Below are positions 1-12,560 of a stretch of DNA of 64,000 bases, piece by piece. The DNA is from Octopus vulgaris (taxonomy: Eukaryota). Both the position numbers and the translations under genes were made by a program. A model generated the notes under the pieces. The model ran no database searches and was not told the DNA's origin. It saw nothing but the letters and a program-made list of their open reading frames with translations. Every line of letters begins with the position of its first letter. Position 1 is the stretch's first letter. The stretch spans positions 66,836,001 to 66,900,000 of the forward strand of contig OX597817.1 of assembly GCA_951406725.2 (NCBI GenBank), written 5' to 3'.

Positions 1-140
1 ATCACCATGTCGCGCACATATGGTTGTGATGCATGTGCCTGGTGTACCTTTATCAGACGGGTAGTCATGATGGGTATATTGGGCTTCGTATATTTTACCC
101 CAGTGTCACTTTGATGGCATGAACTGCTCTCTCACTCAAT
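1..140 (+). mobile_element. 3' end of an interspersed retroposon followed by an (AAT)n tail
   Basis: The same sequence occurs in reverse complement at about 49870-49990 and is followed by (AAT)n at 138-240. Confidence 0.7.
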
Positions 141-152
141 AATAATAATAAT

Positions 153-190
<38 letters not shown>

Positions 191-249
191 TGATGATGAT
201 AATAATAATAATAATAAAAACAATAACAATAATAATAAAGTTGACTAAC

Positions 250-431
250 AGTGACAAGCATTCTTTCATCACAGTGAAGTAAGGCTGTTTGGAGATTAAG
301 GTACAGCATTGTGGTATGTAAACAGTGATGGTAGATGCAGTAGAGCTTTCTGAGAAGACAGAACCTACATCTGATTCCGAATTGTCCTGCTGCTGCCGTT
401 GTTGTTCCAGAGATACTGAGCCATCAGCACT
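250..431 (-). CDS. DENND3: DENND3-like coding exon 4 (start of core DENN); gene continues beyond the left edge
   Basis: Acceptor ctattgtag, donor CT|gttagt, 182 nt. Encodes SADGSVSLEQ...TVYIPQCCTLISKQPYFTVMKECLS, resembling the DENND3 VPxxxCxxSxxPYxxxxKxCLS segment. Confidence 0.88.
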
Positions 432-1084
432 CTACAATAGACAATAAAATATAAGTAACATAATTAGATTTAATCTATGGTTTAAATAAATCAAAAAATT
501 AGCAGAGAATCATAACAGTCAATGGTAGTTCCTTCACTCTATGTAAACAAAATGCATGTCTTATATTGATTTCAAATTTTGACACAAGGCCAGTAATTTC
601 AAGGTTGGGGGTGAGGTAAGTTGATTACATCAACCCCAGTATTCAACTGGTACTTATTTTATCAACTCCGAAATGATGAAAGGCAAAGTCGACCTTGGCA
701 GAATTTGAACACAGAACATAAAGATGGACAAAATGCCACTTAACATTTTACCCAGCATGGTAATGGTTCTACCAGCTTGCTGTCTTACATGCCTTATACA
801 TATTGAAAAACTTAATAAAATATTTTCACATTGGTTATCGATACAAAGTGACATACTTATAAAGATAAGTATTTATTTTACTTTGTATTATCTTTTTCCC
901 TCTTCCTCTCCTCTGTTTCTTCTCCTTCCATCCAATACTTTTCCCTTTGTTATTCTTTCCACTGCCATCCTCTCACAATAAGTTCTGTTCTTTTCCATCA
1001 TGGAGCACTTTCTTTTGCTTTGCAAGAAACAAGATAACACCAACAGCACTAATACAACAAAAAGCACTAGCACCCAGTAGACAC

Positions 1085-1481
1085 TTATTTCTTCATTGCC
1101 CACAAGGGGGCAAACAAAGACAAACAAAGGGATTAAGTCGATTACATCGACCCCAGTGTATAACTGGTACTTATTTAATCAACCCCGAAAAGATGAAAGG
1201 CAAAGTCGACCTCGGTGGAATTTGAACTCAGAACGTAACGGCAGACGAAATACCTATTTCTTTACTACCCACAAGGGGCTAAACACAGAGAGGACAAACA
1301 AGGACAGACAAACGGATTAATTCGATTACATCGACCCCAGTGCATAACTGGTACTTAATTTATCGACCCCGAAAGGATGAAAAGCAAAGTCAACCTTGGC
1401 GGAATTTGAACTCAGAACGTAGTGGCAGACGAGATACAGCTAAGCATTTCAACCGGTGTGTAACGATTCTACCAGCTTGGC
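1085..1481 (-). mobile_element. tRNA-derived SINE, dimeric (tail type A)
   Basis: Head gccaagctggtagaatcg with B-box gagttcaaattcc. Two ~185-bp units joined at 1254. Confidence 0.85.
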
Positions 1482-3425
1482 GATGGTAAAGCAGTAGGCA
1501 TTAGGCAGTGCATCAAACTGCAGAAATCTATCCAGAAATGAAACACTGAAGGAGGATGTGGTCCTCTGACGTGTAGAATCCTGATGAACTGTCCGACCCA
1601 TGTCAACCTAGAAAGCACACATAAAATGATGATGATGACAATGGCAGCAGTGACAACGACAGTAGTGGCAGTAATGATGACAATATTTGTGTACTTATGG
1701 CAAGATAGCATTCTATTGATTCCATCAATCTTCCACTCTTTTAACAATAATACTGGTAATTGTTTCTAATATAGGTTAGCCATATAGTGGAAGGGGCTTA
1801 GTTAATTACATTAACTCCAATATTTGAATGGCACTAACATCTTCATCTCTCAATCCATCTTTATATAACTTCTCTATCTCACTCCATATATCCTTGTAAA
1901 CTTCTAGTTTACTGTTTCTTTGTATTTTCCTATATTACTCCACGTCTTTATGACTAATAAAGAAAAAAATTATCATTAATATAATTATTGATTATAAATA
2001 TATAAATTAATTAATAATTCTAATTACATTCTAAACTTTAATATCACTAAGGCTAACTTTGTCTTTCATCTTTCTAATATCAATAAAATAAAGTACCATT
2101 TAAGTACTGGATTCAGTATAATCGGTTATTTTTGTCCCCCAAATTTCTGGACTCATGCCTTGTGCTAGAAACAGTTATCATCGTCATCATCATGATCATC
2201 ACCACTGCAGCAGCGGCAACCGCTGCTGCCCACTGCCGTCTGCCGCTGTTGCTGCCCGCCGCCACTGTCGCTACTGCTGCCCAGTGCCACCGCTGCCAAG
2301 GTGGCAAGCATGCCAGGCAAAATGCTTAGCTGCATTTCTTCCAGTTTTACATTCTTGAGTTCAAGTTCAATTAAGGTTAACTTTATCTTTCATCTTTTCG
2401 GAGTCATTAGAATAAGTAATAGTTGAGGATGATGGATGTAATTGACCAGCCCTCTCCCCCCAAATTTCAGGCCGAGCAAAATGCTTAGCAGTATTTTGTC
2501 CATCTTTATGTACTGTGTTCAAATTCTCCTGAGGTCAACTTCACCTTTCATCCTTTCAGGGTCGTTGTTGTTGTCATCATTATTGCTCTGAATTGGTAAA
2601 ATCATTAGCATGCAGGACAAAATGCTTAGCAGCATTTCTTCCAACTCTTTACATTTTGAGTTCAAATTCTAACAAGTTAGATTTTGCCTTTCATCCTACC
2701 AGGATTGATAAAATGAATTACAAGACAATTTAATCAACTAACCTCTCCCCTTGAGTTTATAATCTTGTATTTAAATTAGCAGTCATGATTAGTTTTCATA
2801 CACCTCAAGATTCCAATCACCTTGCAGTCTGGGCAATTGTTGCTTTCTGACTTCCACTGACTACACTGCCAAATTGGTAAGGACCAGTGAATACTTGACA
2901 ACATTCAAGGTGTCAGATGCCCAATCTTGATCTTTTCTTGATCCAGGACTGCAACTCTATCAAAAAGATGAGATGCAGAAAAATGTGCCTTACAAATGGA
3001 GACCACCTGGTACTCCAAGATATATAACAGGAAGTACAACAACAGCAACAATGACAACATTGGTGATGATGATGGTGGTAGTGGTGGTTTTGATTGAGGC
3101 TCAAATTTGGAAATTTGGTGGAGCAGGGATTAGTCAATGCCATTGATGCCAGTACATGGCTGGTACCTTTTTTATCAATCCTGGAGAGATGAAGGGTAAA
3201 GTTAACATTGTCAAGTTTTGAACTCAGAACATAAAGAGATTGAATAAATACTACAGGACATTTTGTCCAACACCCTAGGAATTCTGTCATGTCAATTACT
3301 TGTGAAAGTTGCCCTTAAAGTTGAATGACTTTTAATTAGTTGAGAATAAAACTAGGATATAAAGATATGACTGATATAAGCAGAATGAGGAGAAATTCTT
3401 ACAGACTTTGACAAAGTTTACTTAC

Positions 3426-3553
3426 CAAAACAGCTTGATACTCTCGAAAGAATGTTAAGCATGTTGCATATGATCTGTCACCAGTGTAACTGGTTAAAAC
3501 CAAATAATGGACCATGTTTTCTTTTGGTTTTTTCTTGTATACTTTTGATCCAT
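3426..3553 (-). CDS. DENND3: DENND3-like coding exon 3 (uDENN)
   Basis: Acceptor atttaag, donor TTG|gtaagt, 128 nt (phase 1 to 0). Encodes DGSKVYKKKPKENMVHYLVLTSYTGDRSYATCLTFFREYQAVL, matching the HxxVLTxxxGxRxY DENN motif. Confidence 0.9.
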
Positions 3554-5293
3554 CTTAAATATAAAAATGAGGAAAGAATGTCAAGAAAATATATATATAC
3601 ACACATAGCAACACAATCACATAAAAATATGCAGATAGATTGTGAGTAGTATAGCATTGGGAGTCGTTCTGAAAGTAGGAGGTGTTGAGGTGTTGGTAGG
3701 TGGAGGCACATGACTTAGTGCCTCCACCTACCTGTTGTTGCTAAAGTGTCTAAAATTTGATAAAACTGTCCACAAAAGGGATGTGAAGAAGCTTTTTTTT
3801 TTTTTGTTAAAAGTGTTGTTTTCAACTGTCTACAAACATAACCAGGCTGAGATAATGCATTCTTCCAAGAGAGAATAAAACAAATTCGCAAACTGGAGTG
3901 GGAAGGGAGACTAACCACCCACAGCCCTCCCTCCCCACCTCATGGCTACGTGCCTGCTTCAAAGTCATATCTTATGATATCTGTCTGTGTGTGTGAGTGC
4001 TAATACCTTGGCTTATCAATTTAGTGCTACCATCCATGCTATCACTGTATGGTAGTGATAAGTTGGTACAGACTAAAATCAAGGAACATATATAGACATG
4101 AACCATAAGTGTGAAATTTATGACTTTAAGGAAACTAATCATTTGTATGAGTTTGTGCATGTGTGTGTGTGCACGTGTACTTGATAGTCAAAAATTCATT
4201 TGTACTATGTATTTTCCTACATTACTGGGCCCTTAATGACATGCTTTCTTTGAATATCTGTCAGTATCCTTTAACTGCAAAATTATATTTCATGGTTATT
4301 CTAGTAATGATGTTAAATAAGTACTAACAAAATAGAACTGGTATTTTCTGCCTGTCACATTGCTTCAATAAACTTGAAGTAGTTTCAAGCATGACATTCC
4401 TTTAACAAATGATAGAATGATCAATAAAACTACTTTCTGCAGTTAAGGGTAATGAAATTTTGAGTGATTATATCTGATTTCTGCAGCAAAAGGCTTAAGG
4501 CAGAAAACTAAAAAATTCTTGAAGTCTCAAAAAATTCTAGGGCCCATCATCACTGATGGCCTTGCTTGGCAATCTTACATTCGTAACATAGTAAAAATAG
4601 CTTTCCAAGGACTGGCCTTTTTCTTTAGAGCCAGAAAAATTAGTCCAGTGTAACACTTGTGGTTTTGATGACAAATAAAGCTAAATCCTACCATGAGTTA
4701 TCTGTCTCTATTTATTGTAAAAATGAATAAAAAAAAGTAACAGGAACATATTTCTCTCACTGTATAGTTATTCAATCTGGCTTGAACTTCTATAATGTTC
4801 CAAGCATTAATTTTATATCTTATTTTCCTTTTATACTGTATTTTGATCACTCTCGGTTAAAACTGGCAAATGCATGGTTCACTGCATTTATAATAGTAAG
4901 ACTGACAAAAGGAGTGTCTATGTGTCTAGGATAAAACATACATGCCAAGCTATTTTTGTTGAAATGCATTAATTTATTGACTTTACATTTTCAAAGCTAT
5001 ACACCAACAAAAGATGCATGCACATGAGCACACACATTAATATATGCATGTGTGTGATGGACTTCCACACACTTTCTATCTACCAAATTCTACTTACAAG
5101 GCATTGATCAAGCCCAAACTATGATAAATGACACCTGCCCAAAATGTTATGCAGTGAGATCAAACTCTGAATCAGGTTGTTGGGGAAAGGGAATTCTTAA
5201 ACACAACCTTGCTGGCATCCAATCAAAATGCTTCCAGCCACACAACAACAGCAAATGTGAGGAATGTTCCAAACTAGGGTGATTTCTACTTAC

Positions 5294-5588
5294 CTGGGAA
5301 GCAAAAGTGAGCAATGTTTTCAATATCAGCAAGCAAACTACTTTGACTGGCATTTTCAGAATTTTGTTCATTATCTGCAGATCTTGTCTCTATATTTGAT
5401 TGGCTGTAGTCTCTGGGGAATATTTGTTGTAGTTTTGGATCTGATACTGTAGTATCTGTGAGAATTTCTTCCACCAGGCATGGATAAAAATGTGTAACAA
5501 CATTGGATGAAAAACAACTGAGAAGCTTTGGTTCGTATGTCAGAGCAAACATATTATGTAAACTGGTGATAGATTTTTGTGGATAAAT
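5294..5588 (-). CDS. DENND3: DENND3-like coding exon 2 (uDENN)
   Basis: Acceptor tatttcag, donor CCAG|gtaagt, 295 nt (phase 0 to 1). Encodes IYPQKSITSLHNMFALTYEPKLL...IENIAHFCFP, containing the uDENN FCFP(D/G)G motif. Confidence 0.9.
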
Positions 5589-6129
5589 CTGAAATAGAAA
5601 AATTAATAGGATTGTAATCTAAAGAAAGGAATAATAACAAATCTTTTATGTTTTTGCTATACTCAGCATTTCTGCAAAAGTGACCAATAGAATAAGTACC
5701 AGGTTTTTAAGAAAAAGAAAAGTTAAGTACTGAGGTCAATTTGTTTGACTAAAATTCTTCAAGGTGGTGCCCCAGCATGGCCATAATCTAATGACTGAAA
5801 CAAATAAAAGACAAAAGATAAGAGATAGCTGTCATAACCGTCAATTGGTGTAAGGTACCAGATTCAAGGTGTAATTCCTTAAACAGAACAATGAATAATC
5901 TGGTCCATGAATGCAGGCATGGAAGAAGAACCAAGATGTGGGATGAAGTTGTGAGAAATGATCTTCAGATATTGGGACTCACCAGAGGAGATGAGGAAGG
6001 ACTGAAACCCTCCCAGCAAAGTAAAATTCATGTCCATGACACCTCCTCTTTCTCCCACAACCCATCCATGCTCATCACCGATGTTTTTCAACACCCACCC
6101 CACCCCCTATTCTCCCTTATGTGTCTACC

Positions 6130-6350
6130 TATTTCTTTACTACCCACAAGGGGCTAAACACAGAAGGGACAAACAAGGACAGACAAATGGATATCAACCC
6201 CAGTGCATAACTGGTACTTATTTAATCGACCTCGAAAGGATGAAAGGCAAAGTCGACCTCAGCGGAATTTTAACTCAGAATGTAGTGGCAGACGAAATAC
6301 CGCTACGCATTTCACCCCACGTGCTAACATTTCTGCCAGCTTGCCGCCTT
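6130..6350 (-). mobile_element. tRNA-derived SINE monomer (tail A) with TSD
   Basis: Full head and tail, flanked by ct(t/c)atgtgtctacc at 6116-6129 and 6351-6364. Confidence 0.85.
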
Positions 6351-6929
6351 CTCATGTGTCTACCTACCAGCACACAAAATGTTCCTGTCAAATCCCTTCC
6401 CCTTCACCTCTAGCTTCCACTCTCCTTTTAAAATCTTGTGAATTTACCCACTTACCTACCTTCTCCAATCCATGGTCCATTTCACTACTACACCACCCTG
6501 TGACTCGGGTATATGGCCCCTGCCCTCTCTCTGTCTTCTCTCTCTCTCTTCTCCATCTGAGGTAGCTATGTATCTTTTCAAGTGCAAAACACCTCTGTCC
6601 CTCAATACAATCCCCCCCCACCAGTTGAGGGATCTTATTCTGCAAGTCATATGGTGACTTCACTGCTGCTGATACTACATAAAAAGCACACAGTACACTT
6701 TGTAAAGTGGCTGGCATTTGGAAGGGCATCCATCTGTAGAAACCATGCCAAAAAAAAAAAAAAAATGGCAGAGCTTGGTGTAGTCTTTTGATTTGCCTGT
6801 TCTTGTTAAACTGTCCAGCATGGAAAATGGACATTAAAAAATGATGATGATGAAGATGATAATGATAGATAGATAGGATGTTCGTCTGTCTGTGTGTCTA
6901 TCTATCTACATGCACACACACACACTTCA

Positions 6930-7500
6930 TATTTTTAACATCTGTTGTCCATGCTAGCATGGGTTGGACAGTCTGACTAGAGCTGGCAAGCTGGTGGGGG
7001 TGGCTGCACCACATTCCAGTCTGATTTGGCATAGTTTCTATGGCCAGATGTCCTTCCTAATGCCAACCACTTCATAGAGTGTGCTGGATGCTTTTACATG
7101 ACACTACACAGATGCTTTTATGCATTGCCACACAGGCATTTTTATGTGGTATTACACAGGCGCTTTTATGTGGCATCACCAAGGGTTCTGTTCACAGTCA
7201 GAAGAATCGGTCTCAACACTTCTGCTGTGGGGTATGGGTCTCCTTGAGTACGGCCAGGTGCCAGGTGTCTCAGTCCTTTGTCATCTCACCTGAAAAGTTC
7301 AGCTTCTAGAGGTTGTTCTTCAGTACTTCATCCCATATCTTCCTAGGTCTCCCACTTCCATGTGTCCCATCCACTTTGAGAGATCAGCACTTCTTTACAG
7401 AGCTGTCAGCATCCACCAGCATCACATGACCAAACCAGCACAGTCTCCTCTCTTGGATACACAGCAACAATTTCCTCTTATGCCTAACTTCTCTCTCAGA
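6930..7500 (-). mobile_element. RTE-clade LINE 3' fragment
   Basis: Minus strand reads LREKLGIR..RRLCWFGHVML..GRPRKIWDEVLK (RTE C-terminus) with stops. Its 3'UTR recurs at about 1490-1640, 6690-6870 and 9780-9950. Confidence 0.75.
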
Positions 7501-7819
7501 CCACTGGCACTCATATACATATGTTTATGAGTGTGTCCTTGTGTCTGTATTTGTTCCTGCACCACCACTTAATCACTGATGTTTTGTTTACATCCCTGCA
7601 ATCTAGTGGTTAGCAGAAGATAGAGTAAGTACTAAACTTAAAAATAAAAATAAAAGTAAGTACTGGGATCAATTAGTTTGACTAAAAGTCTTTCAATATG
7701 GAGCCCCAGTAAGGCTGTAGTCAAATTATTGAAGCAAGTAAAAGATAAAAGATATTGTTAACAGAAACATGGTAAGTAAAAGATTAAAAGAAAATTAAAA
7801 TATGTGAATAAAATCATAC

Positions 7820-7918
7820 CTGAGTGTTAAATGGACACAAACCAGTGGTATCATCCATACCAACTAGTAACATCATTTCAATGAAACTATTTGTTAGTTT
7901 TAACTTTCTTTCATCCAT
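7820..7918 (-). CDS. DENND3: DENN domain Rab GEF (DENND3-like), first coding exon
   Basis: Manual translation MDERKLKLTNSFIEMMLLVGMDDTTGLCPFNTQ, resembling the uDENN N-terminal strand. Exon 7820-7975 has a tttcag acceptor and a CAG|gtatga donor, phase 0. An in-frame stop lies just upstream of the ATG. Confidence 0.85.
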
Positions 7919-10031
7919 TTTGGAACATCAAATATCTATTTGTAGCAAAGACATATTGCATTATGGTGCGACTGTCTGAAACATTAAAGCAAAAGAAAAT
8001 AAAAATCTATTATAGTCAAAGAGTCACTGTTAAAGACAAAATTCTTCAATTTTTCAAAATGAAAGACATGCATTTTGTTGTTATTATCATTGTTGTTTAG
8101 GCCTATTTCAGCCCTAATCAGATAGACATATGATTAAATATATTCCATGTCTGCCCTAACTTTTCAGATAACATTATCCAATATATCCTTCATTATTATC
8201 AAGAGCACTATTGCTAGCAGGTCAAGTAATCATATAAAGATTTCCTCTTTGTCTCATGATGTGCAGTTTTTTATGAAGAGGTATGTTATTGGGGAGGATG
8301 TTAAATGATGATGATGCTGATGATGGATGGAATAAAATGAAATTAAAAGAAGTACATAGTATGTATGTATTATCTATGTGTGTCTCCTTATCTTGACATC
8401 ATAATTGTCCCTTACTTCCAGTTGACAGTAGTCTGTACACTACTGTCTCTGGTGACTTAGTGTAGTCATTGGTACAATATTCCAAAACAGGAAGCAGAAA
8501 AATTAGTTTCCTATTATGATCTATGGTTATATGATTAAGTGAACTTAATATCAATGATATCTAGAATATATGTTCCTTGAATTCATATAGAATTTGTCAC
8601 AGTTTGCATTCAATGTGATACACAACCTAAGACATGTAAGTAGTTTGGGCAAGTAGGAGATACTTGCCCAAAGTGTCATGTAGTGGGACTGAAGCCAGAA
8701 CCAGGTGGCTGGGAAGCAAACTTCTTACCACACAGTCATTCCTGCACCGATATCTAATGAAAAAAATAAAATTAATCTTTAATTTTACAAATTCACATTA
8801 AATTACTGCTTTGGTTTGAAGGCTTAAATGGTGTTTTTGTTATGGTTTTGAATAAAAGTAGTTTTTACAAATGTTCACAACCTTACAAAAACTATATCAG
8901 CTAAGCAAATGGCTTTCTCTAAACGTATTAAAAACACTATGACATATTCTAAAGAGTGTTTCAGAAAATTATCTCTTTTCTCTCAGCATACAAAAGACAA
9001 ATTTAGATGGGACAAAATGAATAAAACAAGATAAGGTAAATTTGCCACTTTGATTCTCCAGAATTACATAGGAAAAGAAGACCTAAACACAATATCTATT
9101 CATAGACACCAGAAAGATTAGAAACATATGAAAAACTTAAAATATCTAGGTCAAATGAAAGAGGATCTTGGAAAAATGGGATATGTTATGAATTTAACAA
9201 AACTCGACAAAAAAAATTTTCTATAGCTTCTTTATGATTTGCAAGAGTGGCTCTCTTCTTGATATATTTACGTATTATGCAGTTAAAGAGAAGAAATTAC
9301 TGAAATCTGTCATTAATTATTTTACCCCACCTTATATATAATTTTTATGAAAATTGAAAATGATCAAATTAGACATTAATGTGGGGAAAAATTGACATGG
9401 GATCCAACAGAGAAAACAATCTTGATTGTTAAACATCAAGAATTATCAAGGTATTTTATTAGCAACCCCAATCCCAAATGGATTTAAGTTGAGGAAAAAT
9501 TTCTGGAAAAAAATAAAGTACTTGTCAGCTGACTATGTTTCAAACTCTCAATTTCAATAACAAAAATTATGCTGACCAATTTTTATTACGAAAGATGTCG
9601 CAATACTTTGCAATGTAATGGTTTCAATCAGGTAGGAAGAAAGTAACAAGAAAACAGAAAATACTCAACTTGCCCCATTTTCCCATTTTGCACCATCACA
9701 CCTACTTCCTAGACTTGTTACAGATCATCATCACTTTGCTCAGATCCTACTATGTATGTGTGTGCATGTGTGCGTGCGTGTGCATGTATTATCATCATCA
9801 TTGTCTAAGTTCACTTTTCCATACTTGCATGGGTCAGGCAGAATTTGTTGAGGAAGGTTTTCTTCTGCTGGATACCCATCCTGTTGCCATTCCTCACCTA
9901 TTTCCAAGCAAGATAATATTTCCCATGGCCAGACATGTTTTTCAGAGCCAACAATGTTTGTATGATAGTGATACTTATTTACAAATATCACCTAATGTCA
10001 AAACAAGCACACACACACACACACACACAAA

Positions 10032-10071
<40 letters not shown>

Positions 10072-10074
<3 letters not shown>

Positions 10075-10578
10075 GGAGTAAACACATAAATGTGAAACAA
10101 GGTGGAAAAAAAGAGTACTCAAATACCAGTGGTAGAGTAATATGCTTTATTTAAAGCAGCAGAAAATTCAACATCAGACAGTTTTCTAACAAAAATTGTC
10201 TGATGAACGGCAACGAGAAACTCAGAGTAACAGATTTTGTTGAATTTTCTGCTGCTTTAAATAAAGTATATATATATATATATATATATAAATATATATA
10301 CATACCGCAGTAAACACATAAATGCGAAACAAGGTGGAAAAAAAAAGAGTACTCAAATACCAGGGGTAGAGTATTATGCTTTATTTAAAAGCAGCAGAAA
10401 TTCAACGAAACCTGTTACTTGGAGTTTCACGTTCCCGTTCGTCGGACAGTTTTGTTAAAATTTTTTAACAAAACTGTCCGATGAACGGGAATGTGAAACT
10501 CCGAAACAAAACTGTCCGACGAACGGAATAAACTCTGAGTAACAGGTTTTGTTGAATTTCTGCTGCTTTTGAATAAAG

Positions 10579-10610
<32 letters not shown>

Positions 10611-10720
10611 ATCCAAACATGAAGACACAACAACGCGAGGACGTGGAACAAGTATAGTATTACTGGACGCTCAGGAAAGAAGGGAAGATGGAGGAAACAC
10701 ACGCACAAAAACAAACATGA
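10072..10720. mobile_element. Penelope-like terminal (pLTR) remnants arranged as tandem and inverted repeats, with hammerhead-like motifs
   Basis: Two tandem units (from 10072 and 10304), each internally palindromic (ctttatttaaagcagcagaaa...tttctgctgctttaaataaag). C(T/C)GAYGA..GAAAC cores at 10200, 10478 and 10517. Confidence 0.65.
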
Positions 10721-10774
10721 GGATCTGTGAGCATGTGTGTTAATATCACTTTGGGAGGTCAGTAGCTATAGTAA

Positions 10775-11390
10775 TAGGTGTATGAATGGGTGGGTGTGGT
10801 TGTGTGCTTTTGTCTGTGTTGGCATGTGTGTGTAGATGGAGTGGGAATGTGTATATGTGTGTGTGAGTGTGTGTGTGTGCACATGTGTATGGCTGAATGT
10901 GTGTCTCTCTCTCTGTCACTGTCTCTCCCTCACTCTATATATATGTATGTGTGTGTGTGAGTGGGTATGTGTATGTGGGGGGATGTATGTGTCTCTGTGC
11001 ATGTGAGTGTGTGTGGAAGTGTATGTACATGTGTGTATATGTCTACATGTGTTAGTGCATTGTGTATGTTGTGCATGGAGGATTGTGTGTGTGGAAGTAT
11101 ATGTGTGGTCATGTGTGTGTGTGGGTGTGTGCGTGCGTGTGTGTGCATATATGTGTATGTGTAGGAATGTGTATGTGTGTCTATATGCATGGGAGCATTG
11201 TGGAAATGTATGCATGTGCATGTATATGTGTGCATTTGTGTGTGGAGGTACATGTGCATTCATATATGTATATGTGTGTGTGCATGTGTGTGAGAAGGAG
11301 AGAGAGGTGAGATGGAGTGTGTGAGTGTGTTGGTGTAGCCAAAGGTGTAGATATTATGTGTATGTGTGTCTGTGTGTGTGCATATACATA
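10775..11390. repeat. Degenerate (GT)/(GTAT) low-complexity tract
   Basis: Directly visible alternating purine-pyrimidine tract. Confidence 0.9.
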
Positions 11391-12519
11391 TATGGCAATT
11401 TCTGTCTTTTACCATCTTACTGCCTTTACCAGAGAACCAGTCTTCACAAAACTTTGCATACATGTTAAACTAACATCCACTTCAATAATAGGCTAATTGG
11501 ATTTCAATAAAAATCTATAATGGGTCCCCTTGGGGGTTGGGGGTTGGACTATTATATGATAAAATGAGAAGGGTGCAAAGAGTGTTAGTGCAAGGGAAAT
11601 ATAGTGGCATAGTGAGTGTGATTGATATCAGGGAAGGGGAGAATAGTGTTGTGTAGATACTTTTGTAAATACATAACTACATGCATACACACACACACAC
11701 ACACACTGCACACATAACTTTTAAAATGCCAAGGAAAGGAAAGAAAGGTGGGTGTGAGGAATGTGCAGCTTTAAGAAGAAAGGGGGTAGGTGGCATTTCT
11801 GCTGTCCATCACAAAGAAACACTCATACACAGACACACGCACACGCATACAATATATGCATATATATGTACATACATACATATGTCTACTATACACCATT
11901 TTAAACTCATGATTATCTGTGTGTACATTTGTAAATGTGTGTGTGTGTGTGATGTCCTATAACTGTCTGTCTCTCTGCTTTTGTAGGTTTTCTCCTGTTG
12001 CTGTAGCATATTGTGAAATTTTAAAATTACATCAAAATTTTAAAATTTGGTGTATTGAAATAATTTTCCATGTTGAATTTGATTTCGTTATTTATTTGTT
12101 TTAGAAAAGTTGCAGAAAAATGTGACCGAGGTTTAAAGTTTAATCCATTTTACCTAATGAGAAAACAGGATTTGGAAGCCAGCATTCTGTGTATGATAGC
12201 TGTCTATCACAAAATGAAAGCAAAACCATTACGAGGAGGAATTTTATTAAACAAACGAAAGCAAAGCATTATGACGACCAAAGTAGTAAGAATTTCATAA
12301 GTTTTAATAAGTTTTAATGAATAAAGTCATGTGAAAAGGAAAAAAAATCTTCAACGAAGTTTTTTTGCAGAAAATTGCACGATTTGTCTCATTTTTTGAG
12401 AAAAAATATAAAATATATATATTTGACATGGAATAAAAAATGTATATAAGACATTGTACTGTAAAAATTGCTTGGCAACAATGGGCTATTAAACTATTAT
12501 ATATAAATATATATATATA

Positions 12520-12560
<41 letters not shown>

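Noticed and set aside
1480-1607. Extra DENND3 exon (open frame after ttctag)
   Set aside because: It is a decayed copy of the RTE-derived 3'UTR repeat, and the flanking exons already join in phase.
2822-2966. Candidate minus-strand exon with AG/GT ends
   Set aside because: Stops in all three frames.
8900-9660. Possible ancient transposase remnant in the intron
   Set aside because: I could not recover any convincing motif by eye.
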